A stretch of DNA of 64,000 nucleotides from contig JAQFVV010000009.1 of the NCBI GenBank assembly GCA_028023455.1, positions 12,834,001 to 12,898,000 of the forward strand. Reading direction: 5' to 3'. Source of the stretch: Epiperipatus broadwayi. Taxonomy: Eukaryota; Animalia; Onychophora. A program made the position numbers and the translations under genes. Positions 50,901 to 62,712 of this stretch are shown piece after piece. Every line of letters starts with the position of its first letter. Positions within the stretch are counted from its first letter, which is position 1. The notes under the pieces were generated by a model that searched no databases, was not told where the DNA came from, and was given only the letters and a program-made list of their open reading frames with translations.

Positions 50901-53900
50901 TATTCATATTTCTGAACATTTAATTTTTTTTCATCTATTAAATGCCTATTTAATCTTGATATCAAGGCTAATTTTCTTCTAAAAACCTTCAATTTTCTCC
51001 ACTTATTTATATATCTACTTCTTTCATATTTATAAAAAAACATTCTTAGTTCTTAATGAATAATATTTCTGTAGTATAATTTTCACTACACCACTCTCAC
51101 ACAAGGTAGGATTGGTTTTTATCTCTAGTCTAGAGAATGACTACTAAAAAATTATTAATTCTTAGTTCTTTTTTAAAACGTTCTTTTTTATATAACTATT
51201 TCAGATTTTATCTATAAAAAAATTCTTTAGTACTTTTATATTCCCAACTATCATTCTTTTTAATCAACATTTTCCTTTATCATATTTATATATATCTATA
51301 AGTATATCCTTTTCTTTTCATTTTCATCCCAAGCCCCCCCCCCCCATTCCTTTCTTAACTGAATAATAAAATTTATTACCTCTCAAAAAATGTAATTATT
51401 CCTTTTAAATAAATTTTTATTTCTGATAAAAGTACTTCACACATTTCCTTAAAATAATACCATTATTGTAGCAACACTCAAATATTTTAGCCTGAAATTA
51501 ATCCTACAAACCTTATTTTAATTTACACTACTATTAAATCTTGATACTAATCCTAAGAATCTTCCTGCCCATTCCTTTTTGTCAAACATAAAACTATTTC
51601 TTTTAAAATACTTTAGAGCTTCTGTAGTATCTTTATCTGTAACCTTTATATTTTTTGTTCAATTCTTTCTAGAGATATATTTAAATTAATATAAATATTT
51701 GTGAAAGAAGTCCTTTGATATGTGACTAATACTTTTTTTAGGATATTAATGACATTAGAAAGCAATCAAAAATGTCAGAGAAAGACAAAAAATGAAAGAG
51801 AAAGCAAAAGATTTACTAAGAGTACAATTAAAGGATAAAAATGTGGCTGTATTGTTACAATTATTATGATGATAGTGAGTGACAAATTCTTGCAGTTTCT
51901 GAATTCATATGTAGTCTATATATATAAAGAATAGTCAGAGACAGCTAACTTACCTGAACTACAATAAAGATGGAGACTATGTAAACAAAAGATAATATTG
52001 TAAATAAGTTCCTTGTTGATAGGTAGGATTTTTATAAGTTAATGATATGAATACGAATCAAGGAATTCTTATTTCTCTACAGATAAAGATTGTTTTTAAT
52101 GACGATATAAAGCTATATGGAGGAGGGATGTGTCAAAAAATACAAAATCTTATGAATTAATTCTGTAGTTTTAGTTTTCTTACTTAGATATCTGTTAATT
52201 GTGAAACCTTTTGAGTAATTTGTTTAGTAGTATATATATTGTTTTGCAATAGTGAGAAAAATTTTCTTTTGGTTTATTTGAAAATGTTTATATTATAAGA
52301 CAGCCTATAGAAAATTTTGACACAAATCAAATTAGTTAATTTTTGATAATAACAAATCTTACAATTATAAAATCTATGAGTATATAAATGTAATCCATTT
52401 TTAGCCAGAAATTTAAGTAAAGAGTCAGAGTAGATCTGTACACATACTGTATATATATAAAATAAAATTTTAAATTGCAAACCTATCCTAAGTTTGTAAT
52501 TTTTTTTTATAAATAAAAATATGGATAAAATAAACATAAATACAGATAATGTAGTCATCATAGTTAGGCTTACTTAATTCATAGGCAAGAATTTTTTCTT
52601 TTATAAATAAAAACACGAAATAAGGTAGTATAACAATATCTTAAGTTTTACATAGTACATATACATATTCACATTTAGCTTTAAAGAAAAACTTGATTTC
52701 TAAAGGCAATGATAAAAAAAAAAAAAAAGATAAAATTGGTGTCACCAAATAAGCATTTTTGACATCTAAAGATTATACAATCTGATATAATTATCTATGG
52801 AATATACATTATCTAAACCACAATCTAGCAACACGACTATTGTATAAAACAGAGAAACATTAAAAAAATATAAAACGCTATTATGTAAGTGATGCACGAC
52901 ACACACAAATTTCATCCTTTTCTATAATCAAAAAATAAAAAATAAGTAGTGCATCATGTATCTAGTCCAGGAATCTCCAAATTTATTCAAGCAGGATATA
53001 TGTTAACTATCCTTATTTTTAAATGCAAGCCAAGTCACTGCTTTAATTTACTTGAAGAATTAAGTCTTCAAGATCAAGATGGAAAATACAGAATAAAGAA
53101 GTTCAAATATTTGTATACATTTAACATTTAAAAAATACAACTTTTCAAAACAAATGAATTGTAAACTCATCCCAGGTTCATTGTCTCCATAAGACAATGT
53201 TTTCAGTCAGTATCGACAAATTTTATTATATATAAATTTTACAAGTGACAAATAATTATTAAAAAATATATAATTGCACATACATAAATATTTTAATATC
53301 TCTATTTAAAATTCATTCAAAGGCCATGGTCATTCTTTAGAAACATCTGATCTGGAAGCAACAACAAACATTTGATATTATTTTCTATATTTACATATGT
53401 TATCTCAAACGATCACTTAAATAAACATACAGGAGTATACATCTATTTTAATTTTCATATTTACAAATTTATATTTACGGAGAAATTCTTTTTTTTCAAT
53501 GAAAGAGATCATTTTCAAAATTTTTATACTTTCAATAAAATTATACAATATATTTTTTAAAAAATATAATTTGAAACTCTTCTAAAAAAAAATTCAGAGG
53601 AAAATAATTTTTAGTCAAGCTTAAACTTTAAATTATATACATGTACAAATTTTTAATATAATTAGATGATATCGACATTCAATGTGAATTAATGTTGTTG
53701 AACTAAACATAAAAAAAAAAACATAAATAGAACATAAATAAAAAAAACAAACAAACAATAAACTGAATTTAATGTTTTCATTCTTAGCAAAAAATGTACT
53801 ATATCACAAATAAGTACTTTTATAAAAATATAATTATTTTTGTTAATAGCAATAATGGTTATAAATAAATATTTTAAAGGCATATTGTCTATCAATAGAT

Positions 53901-53919
53901 ATTTTTTTATATTTCTTAC

Positions 53920-54123
53920 CTCATCGCAAGCAGCGCATCTCGGCTTGAGAGACTCAGCGTGATGTCGACCACAATAAACCTTGCCATCTTTAAAGAAGTA
54001 GATAAGATCCACTAGTAATTCTAAACAAACACCACAAATGAAACAGGCAGGATGCCAACAAACTGAAGGACCAGCTCGGGATATAAATATTGATATGTCT
54101 CCGCAGGAAAGATGCTCTTTACA
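53920..54123 (-). CDS. prickle: Internal coding exon, LIM1 domain of a Prickle-family (PET-LIM) planar cell polarity protein
   Basis: ttttttcaag|204 nt|gtaag, 68 codons: [68 protein letters not shown]; matches Prickle LIM1 and the start of LIM2. Confidence 0.92.
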
Positions 54124-54453
54124 CTTGAAAAAACAATAAATAAATAAATATGAATAACAAAAAAATATATATATGAAAAATTAATACCTATAAATATGTT
54201 ATATTTGCATACTTACATACTTGTTCTATCTATCTATTCATTCATTTTTCCTCCATCTATATCACTGATTATATATGATTACATTAATATTAAAATATGA
54301 ATAACATTTTTCTAAAAAAATAATGAATGGCTTTATTGCTCAGAAATTCCTAAGTTTGAGTGCCAGAGATGACAGAACCGGCACGATTCAAGGAGTTTAA
54401 TGTCTAGAGAAAGCCACAAATCATAAGGAGACTTCCTTCTTAAATTATTTCAT

Positions 54454-54578
54454 AAAAGATTTAATCAAGCATTGGTGGTCGAGAGGTCAGTGACAGCTGC
54501 TTTACAAGCAGTTGTCCGGGGTTAGCAGGTTTGCTTACCGGCTGATGCTATGACACATAAGAAAAAAAAAAGATTTAA
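54454..54578 (+). mobile_element. tRNA-derived SINE with an 11-bp TSD and poly(A)
   Basis: TSD AAAAGATTTAA at 54454-54464 and 54568-54578. 54469-54548 folds as a cloverleaf (acceptor GCATTGG/CTGATGC) with a degenerate T-loop. Confidence 0.75.
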
Positions 54579-55519
54579 AATCATTACAGATATTTATGAA
54601 GCATATTGACAAAAAAAAAATTAATGTTATTTATAAAAAGCAATCACACAGATATTAATAGTGTAACAAATGTAAAGATAAAAACTTTCACTGTACATAC
54701 ATACAAAACAAAAACCTACTAGCAGTACATGTGACCATGGTAAATAATTTCAATGAGTTAGAATGTAAAATGATTTAGCATTAAATAAATATTATATTTT
54801 TTCAAAATTCATTTTAGCTAAAAAAATCATAATAAAATATGTGTAAATGCTATTCAAACATTTCAAAATATTTAGAGATTTTAAAATAAGAATAAGACAG
54901 TTTTTCAAAGATATTCTTTATTACTTTCATTGAAACACAAATTTAACAGGGAATATATATTTTATTTATTATTTTAACAATGTTATTACAATATTCTTGC
55001 CATCCATGTTCTCAAAACCTATGATTTCAGTAACCCACAATTTGAAAATACTAAGTAAAAAAGCTAAAAATTCCTAAATATGAATCCTTAAACTTTATGT
55101 TTTATTGCTTATACAAGCAATCATTTCTCTGTCAGTCATTTTCTCCATTGACAAACATAGTCACTCAATTTTTAATCTTGGACTCTTAGTTAGACACATG
55201 ATATGACTGCGATAAATTATTAAATTGAAATTGATTCAAAAAAGCACCAAAGTTATAGATATTAGCAATTCTGTTTTCCCTTATATGATAAAAAGTGAGA
55301 ATATTTGAATTAATAATGAAATAAAAAAGCCATATGCTAAAGTTATCCAGATGTTTATGTGTGTGCAAATGTAGTCTGAATGAATTTATTACCTTGATGT
55401 CTTTATCTGTGTACTTTTTCAATTAAATTATATGATAGATATGACATATATATATACTTGTTAAAAAATAAACATCACAAGCATAAAGCTAAACTAGTCA
55501 ATATATAATTAAAAGTACC

Positions 55520-55830
55520 TCAAATCCAAAATTCAACCAGACCAGCAAAACAAATTAATATTAAAACACAACCAAAGGTTTCACTGCTAAAAACTACACA
55601 ATATATATAATATTAAACATTACCCACAAATTCATTCCCTTCCCATCCACCCTTAATATTAAAAGAACTCTTAAATAAGTTAATTGCTTCAGAATAATAT
55701 ATTTTCAATAATAAAGATTCTTTAATTCTTATTTTGATTTCATTTCTCTCAAAAAAGACAACCTTAGCTTCATCAAAATCAATAGTGTGGCCTGTATCTT
55801 TTTCATGGACATACAAAGCAGAACTAAGAT
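55520..55830 (-). mobile_element. Penelope-like GIY-YIG remnant, same family as the 24-kb element
   Basis: SALYVHEKDTGHTIDFDEAKVVFFERNEIKIRIKESLLLK..SEAINLFKSSFNIKGGW. The downstream GAAACCTTTGGT (55571-55582) corresponds to GAAACCATGGT. Confidence 0.7.
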
Positions 55831-56121
55831 ATCTATTTTTAACTCTACTATACTGTCAATTATAGATTACTGTGCAAACAGTCATGAAAACAACAAAGTT
55901 CAGATTATTGTGTAACCAAATATAGGTTGTTGGCGCAGTTTGTTTTCTTGTTACAACTTATCCTAGCATTCACAATATTTCAAATTACATTATATATTTT
56001 TTGAACTATTTACATTATTACATAAAAACAGTTCAGTAAAATAATGCATCATTATCTTAATTTTCTATCATTATTTGTCTGTTGTTTATTTTATTTTATT
56101 TTGACACTAGCCATGATATAC

Positions 56122-56533
56122 TTAACAGTTTCTTGTAATAATTGAGGTTTTACTTCATTAACAAATTATAACTCTATAATTGTGCTTTATGCACATGTAA
56201 TGAAGCTATATAGTGTAGTAATTAATAATCTTAATTAATTGTCAGAGTACTTTTGGGAAGTCTAAGTTCTCATAATCATAGCTCATTAGCGACCCCACAG
56301 ATGTAAACAGAAGAGAAGCTTGCTTCTGCATTTCCAAAAAATGTATACTATAATCAATTTGCATAAATTTACATAAGGCTTTATTACAAGCATTTCTCAA
56401 TTGGTAATGAGCTATGATGATGGGAACTTAAACTTCCCAAAAATGCTCAGATGATTAATTAAGATTATTAATTCCTACACTATATAACTTCATTACACTG
56501 TGTAAAGCATAATTATAGAGTTAACAGTTTCTT
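56122..56533. repeat. TSD-bounded inverted-repeat insertion
   Basis: ~118-bp arms at 56170-56288 and 56405-56522. 13-bp direct repeat TTAACAGTTTCTT at 56122-56134 and 56521-56533. Confidence 0.85.
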
Positions 56534-57119
56534 ATAAATTTTGTATCAGACAAATTTTCTTATAATATCTAATGTAAGAGTAAGAAGCCACTGGGAGAGA
56601 GAAGACTTGAGTATGCCAATAATATTTCTCATAAGTTATTTAACTGATTATACAAGTTTAATGTGAATATTTTTTCTTCAACAGGGCAAATTATCTGCAG
56701 AATGTGCATCCCAATTCCAGGAAATACCAGCTAATTTTCCAATATTATTCTTGAAATTATTTTAGATCTAATCTTAGATAAATGAGGAAAATATTACATT
56801 ATAGGCAAAGATTACTCCCAATAAGATTGTATTTCATTTAATACTGCAAAAAGTTATATTCAGAGTACTTCTGAATAAACATTATAAAACTATCTATTTA
56901 TACATCAATAAATATATTTTAAATAAAAAATATAATTATTTAATAATGCTTTGTATTAAATTATGTTTCTGTAATTATAACAAATGTATTTTATATAAGT
57001 CAATAAAATTCTATTAATTTTTATAAATTATAGTAAATTGATATATATAAATGATAATTTTTAAATATACATTGAATATATATTTACAATAATATTAAAA
57101 TTAGTTTTAGAAAACATTT

Positions 57120-57930
57120 GCAGACACAGGAGGTTCAGCTTGACCTCAAGTGTGCAATGTGATATGGACAAATGGTGTGTACTCATGGTATGCAAGTAAA
57201 TCTGGCTTGATTCCAGATAACAATGAATGCACTGTTGCATTGGTGGGGATGGGTCTGCACTCCTCTTCTTTTCCTCATGTGTGGTGGAGGTAGTCATGAG
57301 GAGCTTGGTTCATTTGTGGGGGTGGTTGGTTATCACTGCCAAGCCCAGGGATACCTGCCAGGTGGGTGAAGGTCACTGCCCTCCATTGAATTTTGCCCTG
57401 AGAGGCTGCTGCACCACCTTGATAAATTGTTTATTAGGACAGTGTTGATTTGAGCTCATTATTATTTTTGTTTCCTTAGTTAACTTTAAAATTAGAGCAT
57501 TTGTAAGGTGGTTGGTCTGCTTTGGGCCACTGACATATTTTGTAGCTTTGATGGAGTTTTTGCTTCAATAATTTTGCAGGCATGGGTCTGCACTCCCCTT
57601 TTCTTCCTTGGGGGTGGTGGCAGTCATTAGGAGCCTGGTTTATTGGTGCAGGCTGTTGACAATTTATTGCCGTTACCCGGAAAACCTGCTGGTAGGGTAC
57701 CTGGTCAAAGTCTCAGCGCCATTCTTGCTCTGGTTGGCTGCTGTGCCCTTGATAGATTGGTTTTGGGCAGTACAGATCTGTGCTCATTACTTGTTAGTTT
57801 TTCCCTAGTGGGCTTTCCAATTTTGGGCAGGTAGACCGAATGTGGTCCCTGCACATTTGGACTGTTAATTGAGAGAAAGAGGTACCTATAATGGTCTTGA
57901 CATGGCTCGGCTGCGGGTCAATAGTTTATT
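57120..57930. repeat. GC-rich unclassified repeat with an internal ~200-bp direct duplication (period ~335)
   Basis: GGGTCTGCACTCC..GGTGG..GTCAT.AGGAGC.TGGTT at ~57250 and ~57585; sharp GC step against the flanks. Confidence 0.65.
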
Positions 57931-58699
57931 ATCCATGTACAGATACACATTAATCAAAATGATAGTAACCCTTTTATGGATATAATTGTTATCGAGCATA
58001 TGCACTTTATATAAACCTGGTCAATAATTGTTTTACCATGTAACATTGAACCCATTGGAATCCTCAACGGGTAAGTGTACCCGGAAATTTTTGTAATCTT
58101 TTAACTAATAAAGGGTCCTTTTGAGAAGAAAAATTATTTTCCTAACATGCAATATCTCCAGTAAGAAAAAAAAAATTGCAGTTATTTTACTTTATGGTAG
58201 TTACAATCCATTAGCTTTTAATAATATTCGAGCATTGAAAAATGTTCATTAAAAAGTTTATTGTTATACATTTGTTTTTTATTTTCTTTACTCAATTGAA
58301 GTTTGACCCCCCCCCTTTTAATTATTACTTCAAATAAATAAATATCACCAATCACTTGAAAGAATGATATTCATCACTTTATTCATCATTAGTAATCATT
58401 CAAAAGTGGGTATGGCTATTTTAATTGCAGACAAAACAAGTTAGAAAGATTAAAAATAAATACTTGAAGATGAATTTTTATGATGATTATATATATCAAT
58501 CTGTGAAACACAAATACATTCACATGTATCACATAATAATCCTTTAGCTTGTTTATTTAATATCTTGTGATGCTATCTTTTAATTTGCCTAATTGTAGTT
58601 CTCTATTCTATTGTCAGTCACATCAATAGAAGCAATAAATATTATATTTGAAACAATTTTAATAACATAAAAGATCTTTCTTTGTCTTTGAAAGAATTT

Positions 58700-59830
58700 T
58701 TATAATGTAAATGAGGTCTTACCTTTCCATGTAAACCATGTTCAAGTTTATCCTAAAATATTTTTTAAGAAATCTTTTGTTAATTTACTTCATAAGCCCA
58801 ATCTAACAATGATGTGCCTATGCAATAGTAAATTCACCACATTAGTTTTATGATTTATCACTATATTTTTTAATATTACAGAGCAATCATAAATGCAGTT
58901 TTTTAGAGCCTTGCTAAAATCTTTGCCATGTTTCAATACTGAAGTTTTTCTTTCCTCTTAAAAAGCAACCAAGATATTTAAAATGGATAATCATCTAAAT
59001 TAAAAGTTGCTTAAAATTTTATTTCTATCATATACTGATAAGAAATGTGAGTTTTTTGAAAATTAATTACTAAACCAAAGTTTTTATAGATTACACTCAA
59101 AACAATAAGAACAACCTGTATACCATTTTGAGTGGCATGAGTAGCATCATCATTTGGAAGTCAAACCAGATGGAGTTTTCATTTCTGTTTTTAATAAGTT
59201 TTGAATTAGAAATTTCATGTCAAACATATATAGTTAGTATCTTGTTGCCTGATTAATAAAGTTGTCTATAAATGGTTCCAAAGACAAAAATAAAAAATAA
59301 AATTGGAGCTAATATACATCTTCATTTAACGAAATCAGTTTTTATATCAAATGTCCTAGATTTTTTTTATCAACAATAATAATCTTTTTTCTATTTTATT
59401 ATGATGAAATTGTGTAATATAAACAAAACTTTGGTGCACAACTAGCTAATTTAGACTAATGGTTAACCATGTTTACAATGCTTCTTGAGTCTCTAAAACC
59501 ACATCGAGTCTCTGAAAGCAATCTATTCAATAAAAACTTCATTAAGCAATAAATTGTAATTATTTTGGTAAAAATATGGCATAGAACTGACAGAAGATTG
59601 ATATATTCTCGTATCTTCTTTATCATTTTATAAAGTGTCAGTATAACTATTGCACTCTAATAATCTGATACATTTTCATTATTTACATTTGGTATTTTAT
59701 AGTTTTGCCAACATTTTTTCTACTTGCTCATCTGTATATTGATAACTAAATAATTGAACTCGGCCCTGCAAATAAATATCAAAATCCTTTCTATTAATTA
59801 CACCAACCAACAAGTGAGTGTACAATACTA
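58700..59830 (-). mobile_element. RTE-clade LINE remnant
   Basis: LSETRCGFRDSRSIVNM, RCILAPILF, LPNDDATHAT, HFKYLG, LKNILG, in ORF2 order. Confidence 0.65.
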
Positions 59831-62544
59831 ATCACATCTTTTCTCCTGCATCCTCCCATCACCTATTACAATTGATCTGAAATCATAATTCATATTATAT
59901 ATATATTTTATTATGTTCGCTATAAAAAAATGTGGAGGAATTTATACTTTTTTTCTACTTTCAACTTTTTTTAACTAGTTACATTCCTACTTCTTTTTTA
60001 AATCTTTTCTATTTGCTGCTATAGAACAGTAATTCTATTTAGAAACAATAAGTTATAATATTTGACAATAGGTATCATAAAAACTAAAAGCACGAGAAAA
60101 AGAATACTATTAATAATAATGCTAAATCAATATCACCAGCAGCAACAATAATCTGAAGCCTAAAATAACAAGAGCAGAAGCATTGTTTATCATAAGAATA
60201 AACATTTTTTACAGTTTTAACAATATATGTAAACAAACAATCTTGACAAAGAACGTGCTGGGATGAATTTGTTTTGTAAAATAGAGTGAATCAGTTTCTC
60301 TTCAGCGTAGCTTAGATTTACGATCTCAGAAAAAGTTGTAATTTAAATAAAAAGTTTTTTTTTCTCTGCAGCTTTTATCTCATTTAATGTTTTCCATTTT
60401 CTAAATGAGAAGAGATGATTGTATTTTTAGGGCTTAATAATTGCACAAAGTTAATGCTTTTATCTAAAACAAATTTGCAAAACTAATTCAAAACTTTGAA
60501 TTTGATTTAACGCAACTTATATATATATTGCATATTTATACAAATATTTATTATGTAAACACTAAGTGCAGATTTCTGGCCTATATATTATTTAAACTAG
60601 ATTGCGATCCTTAGGATCACAACTTGTTGGCCATGTAAATTGCATTTTAATTCATAGATTGTGTGCACTGATATAAATGTACATATGGTCACAAAATAGA
60701 AAAGAGCTCTTCAAAAAATTAATTTTTTAAATAAACTTCAAACGAAAGTGAATTTTTTTTATACACCAATTTAATATATTCTTTATAACTATGGATTTTT
60801 TTATATTCATTTGTAACTTATCAGTCCATGAATTTTCCAAAACTATAAATCTTCTTTTTTTCAGTAACAAAATGTGATAGATATTGCGAATACACTGATT
60901 TTAGAAATATGCAAAATTATATCAACTTAATTGAAAAAAATATGTGCTGTGATATTTCACAAAGTGGTAAAAATTTGCATTACAAAATTTTTCTCTACAA
61001 AACAAGAGGTTATATTTATTGTAAATTTTCTGGGGGTGGTTTGTGTTTAATTATATCAAGATTAATACTAAAATATGTCTTTTTTACTCATTAAGAATTA
61101 ATTAATTCGTTTGTAGCAAGTGGATAAACCTGCATGATGTATAAAAGTACAATTTTTATTCTGAAGCAAATATCTCTGATGGTTTAAAATCTTTATTCTA
61201 TGACGGTAAAATGCAATGCAACATTATCTATATATATATTGATGCTGAAAGATACTCCATGTTATGCAGGATCTACAGTATACATGAATTTTATTCTAAT
61301 CTTTTTACAACAACATATGCAAGAATTTGCTGAAATAAAAATAGAAAGTTTACTATGTATAGTAATTAATTATTCAATGGATTGTAAAGTGTTACAGAAT
61401 CATTCATTCCCAGTAAAAAGACATTGAATTAGTTGTGTTTTTCATTTTAAATATAAATTTCAATTAATGTGATGCAAAAAAGATCTGATTTAAAGGTCCA
61501 AATGCTGAAAATTTAATTTTAGCAGCAAACTATTCTATTTCACAATTCAATGATTGTTAGATACTTTGTATATTAAAGTGATAGAATGCATTTTATTTAA
61601 AAAGAAATAACATTCATTATAAGCAATTAGTTTGAAATCAGTTTTACTGTAATATAATAAATTATAAAACATTCTGTGCATACTACATTTTTTATTATGA
61701 ATACCAAACTATATAAAAAATGGACAAATTGCTCTGCTGTATAATATGAATTGTAAAAATAATTCATTCATCACTATCCTAGATCATTTCTAACAATCCA
61801 TGCAAATGTAACTGCTCCTGGATGTATATTCATACTGGAATGGCAACCTACTTGGCTTTAAGGCACATATATTTAATGCTGTAATGGCTTACTTTTAATT
61901 AACCTATTCCAACATAGTTACATGCTAATCAAATCCTAAGCTATTATAAAAAACCTTAAAAGCCATTTTGGAATAAGCATATTTATTATAATAAGTAATC
62001 ATAGCATTAAATATTTGTGTTTTGACACCAAGTTAATGTACATCAAGTAGCTATTTAAATGGATCATTGACAAAGTAAGCTGACAACAGAATTTGTTCCT
62101 GAATTAAATGTATAATGGAGACAGATTTTAATTTTTTCATATGTAGTGGTAGCCATAATAAAAAAATATATTACACATAATCCATTGAAGCTGATATCTC
62201 TTCAAATTAATAATTGAAAATAATTTAACATAACAGATCTACGTATTTAGTTTGTAAAAATTCAAATTAATCTTCAACTGAAAACTAGTTTCAAGTAGTA
62301 GAACCCCCCTTTCCCCTTCAATATTTCTGAATAAAAATACCTTCATTCATTAGTTTTTCAGACAGGTTCAACATATTATGTTTTTAAAGATTACATATAT
62401 TAGTTGTCTTACAAAGTACTATTGATATAGATTTAAATTCAACAAAATTATTTTATAACAAAATGCCAATTATACAAGTATCAATTATTTAAAGTTACTT
62501 TTCTTAAATTATACATTTACTTTTGCTGCATCAGCCGTTATGAT

Positions 62545-62712
62545 GAGTATCTTTATCTGTAACTTAATACACTTGTTCTCAAATATTTATTCCAATATAT
62601 ACATACACACACACATATATATATATATACACAAAAAGCCATCTCTGTAACTTAACACACTTGTTCTCAAATATTTATTCCAATATATACATACACACAT
62701 ATATATATACAA
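62545..62712. repeat. ~90-bp two-copy tandem duplication with (CA)/(TA) microsatellite
   Basis: TCTGTAACTTAA.ACACTTGTTCTCAAATATTTATTCCAATATATACATACACAC occurs twice. Confidence 0.9.

Noticed and set aside
51954-51976. 23-nt microexon candidate (catag|...TTCAG|gtaagt) with an in-frame stop
   Set aside because: Strong donors of this kind are expected a few times by chance in 64 kb, and there is no other support.
53689-53919. C-terminal extension of ORF 53689..54012
   Set aside because: Read-through past the GT donor at 53919 into AT-rich intron.
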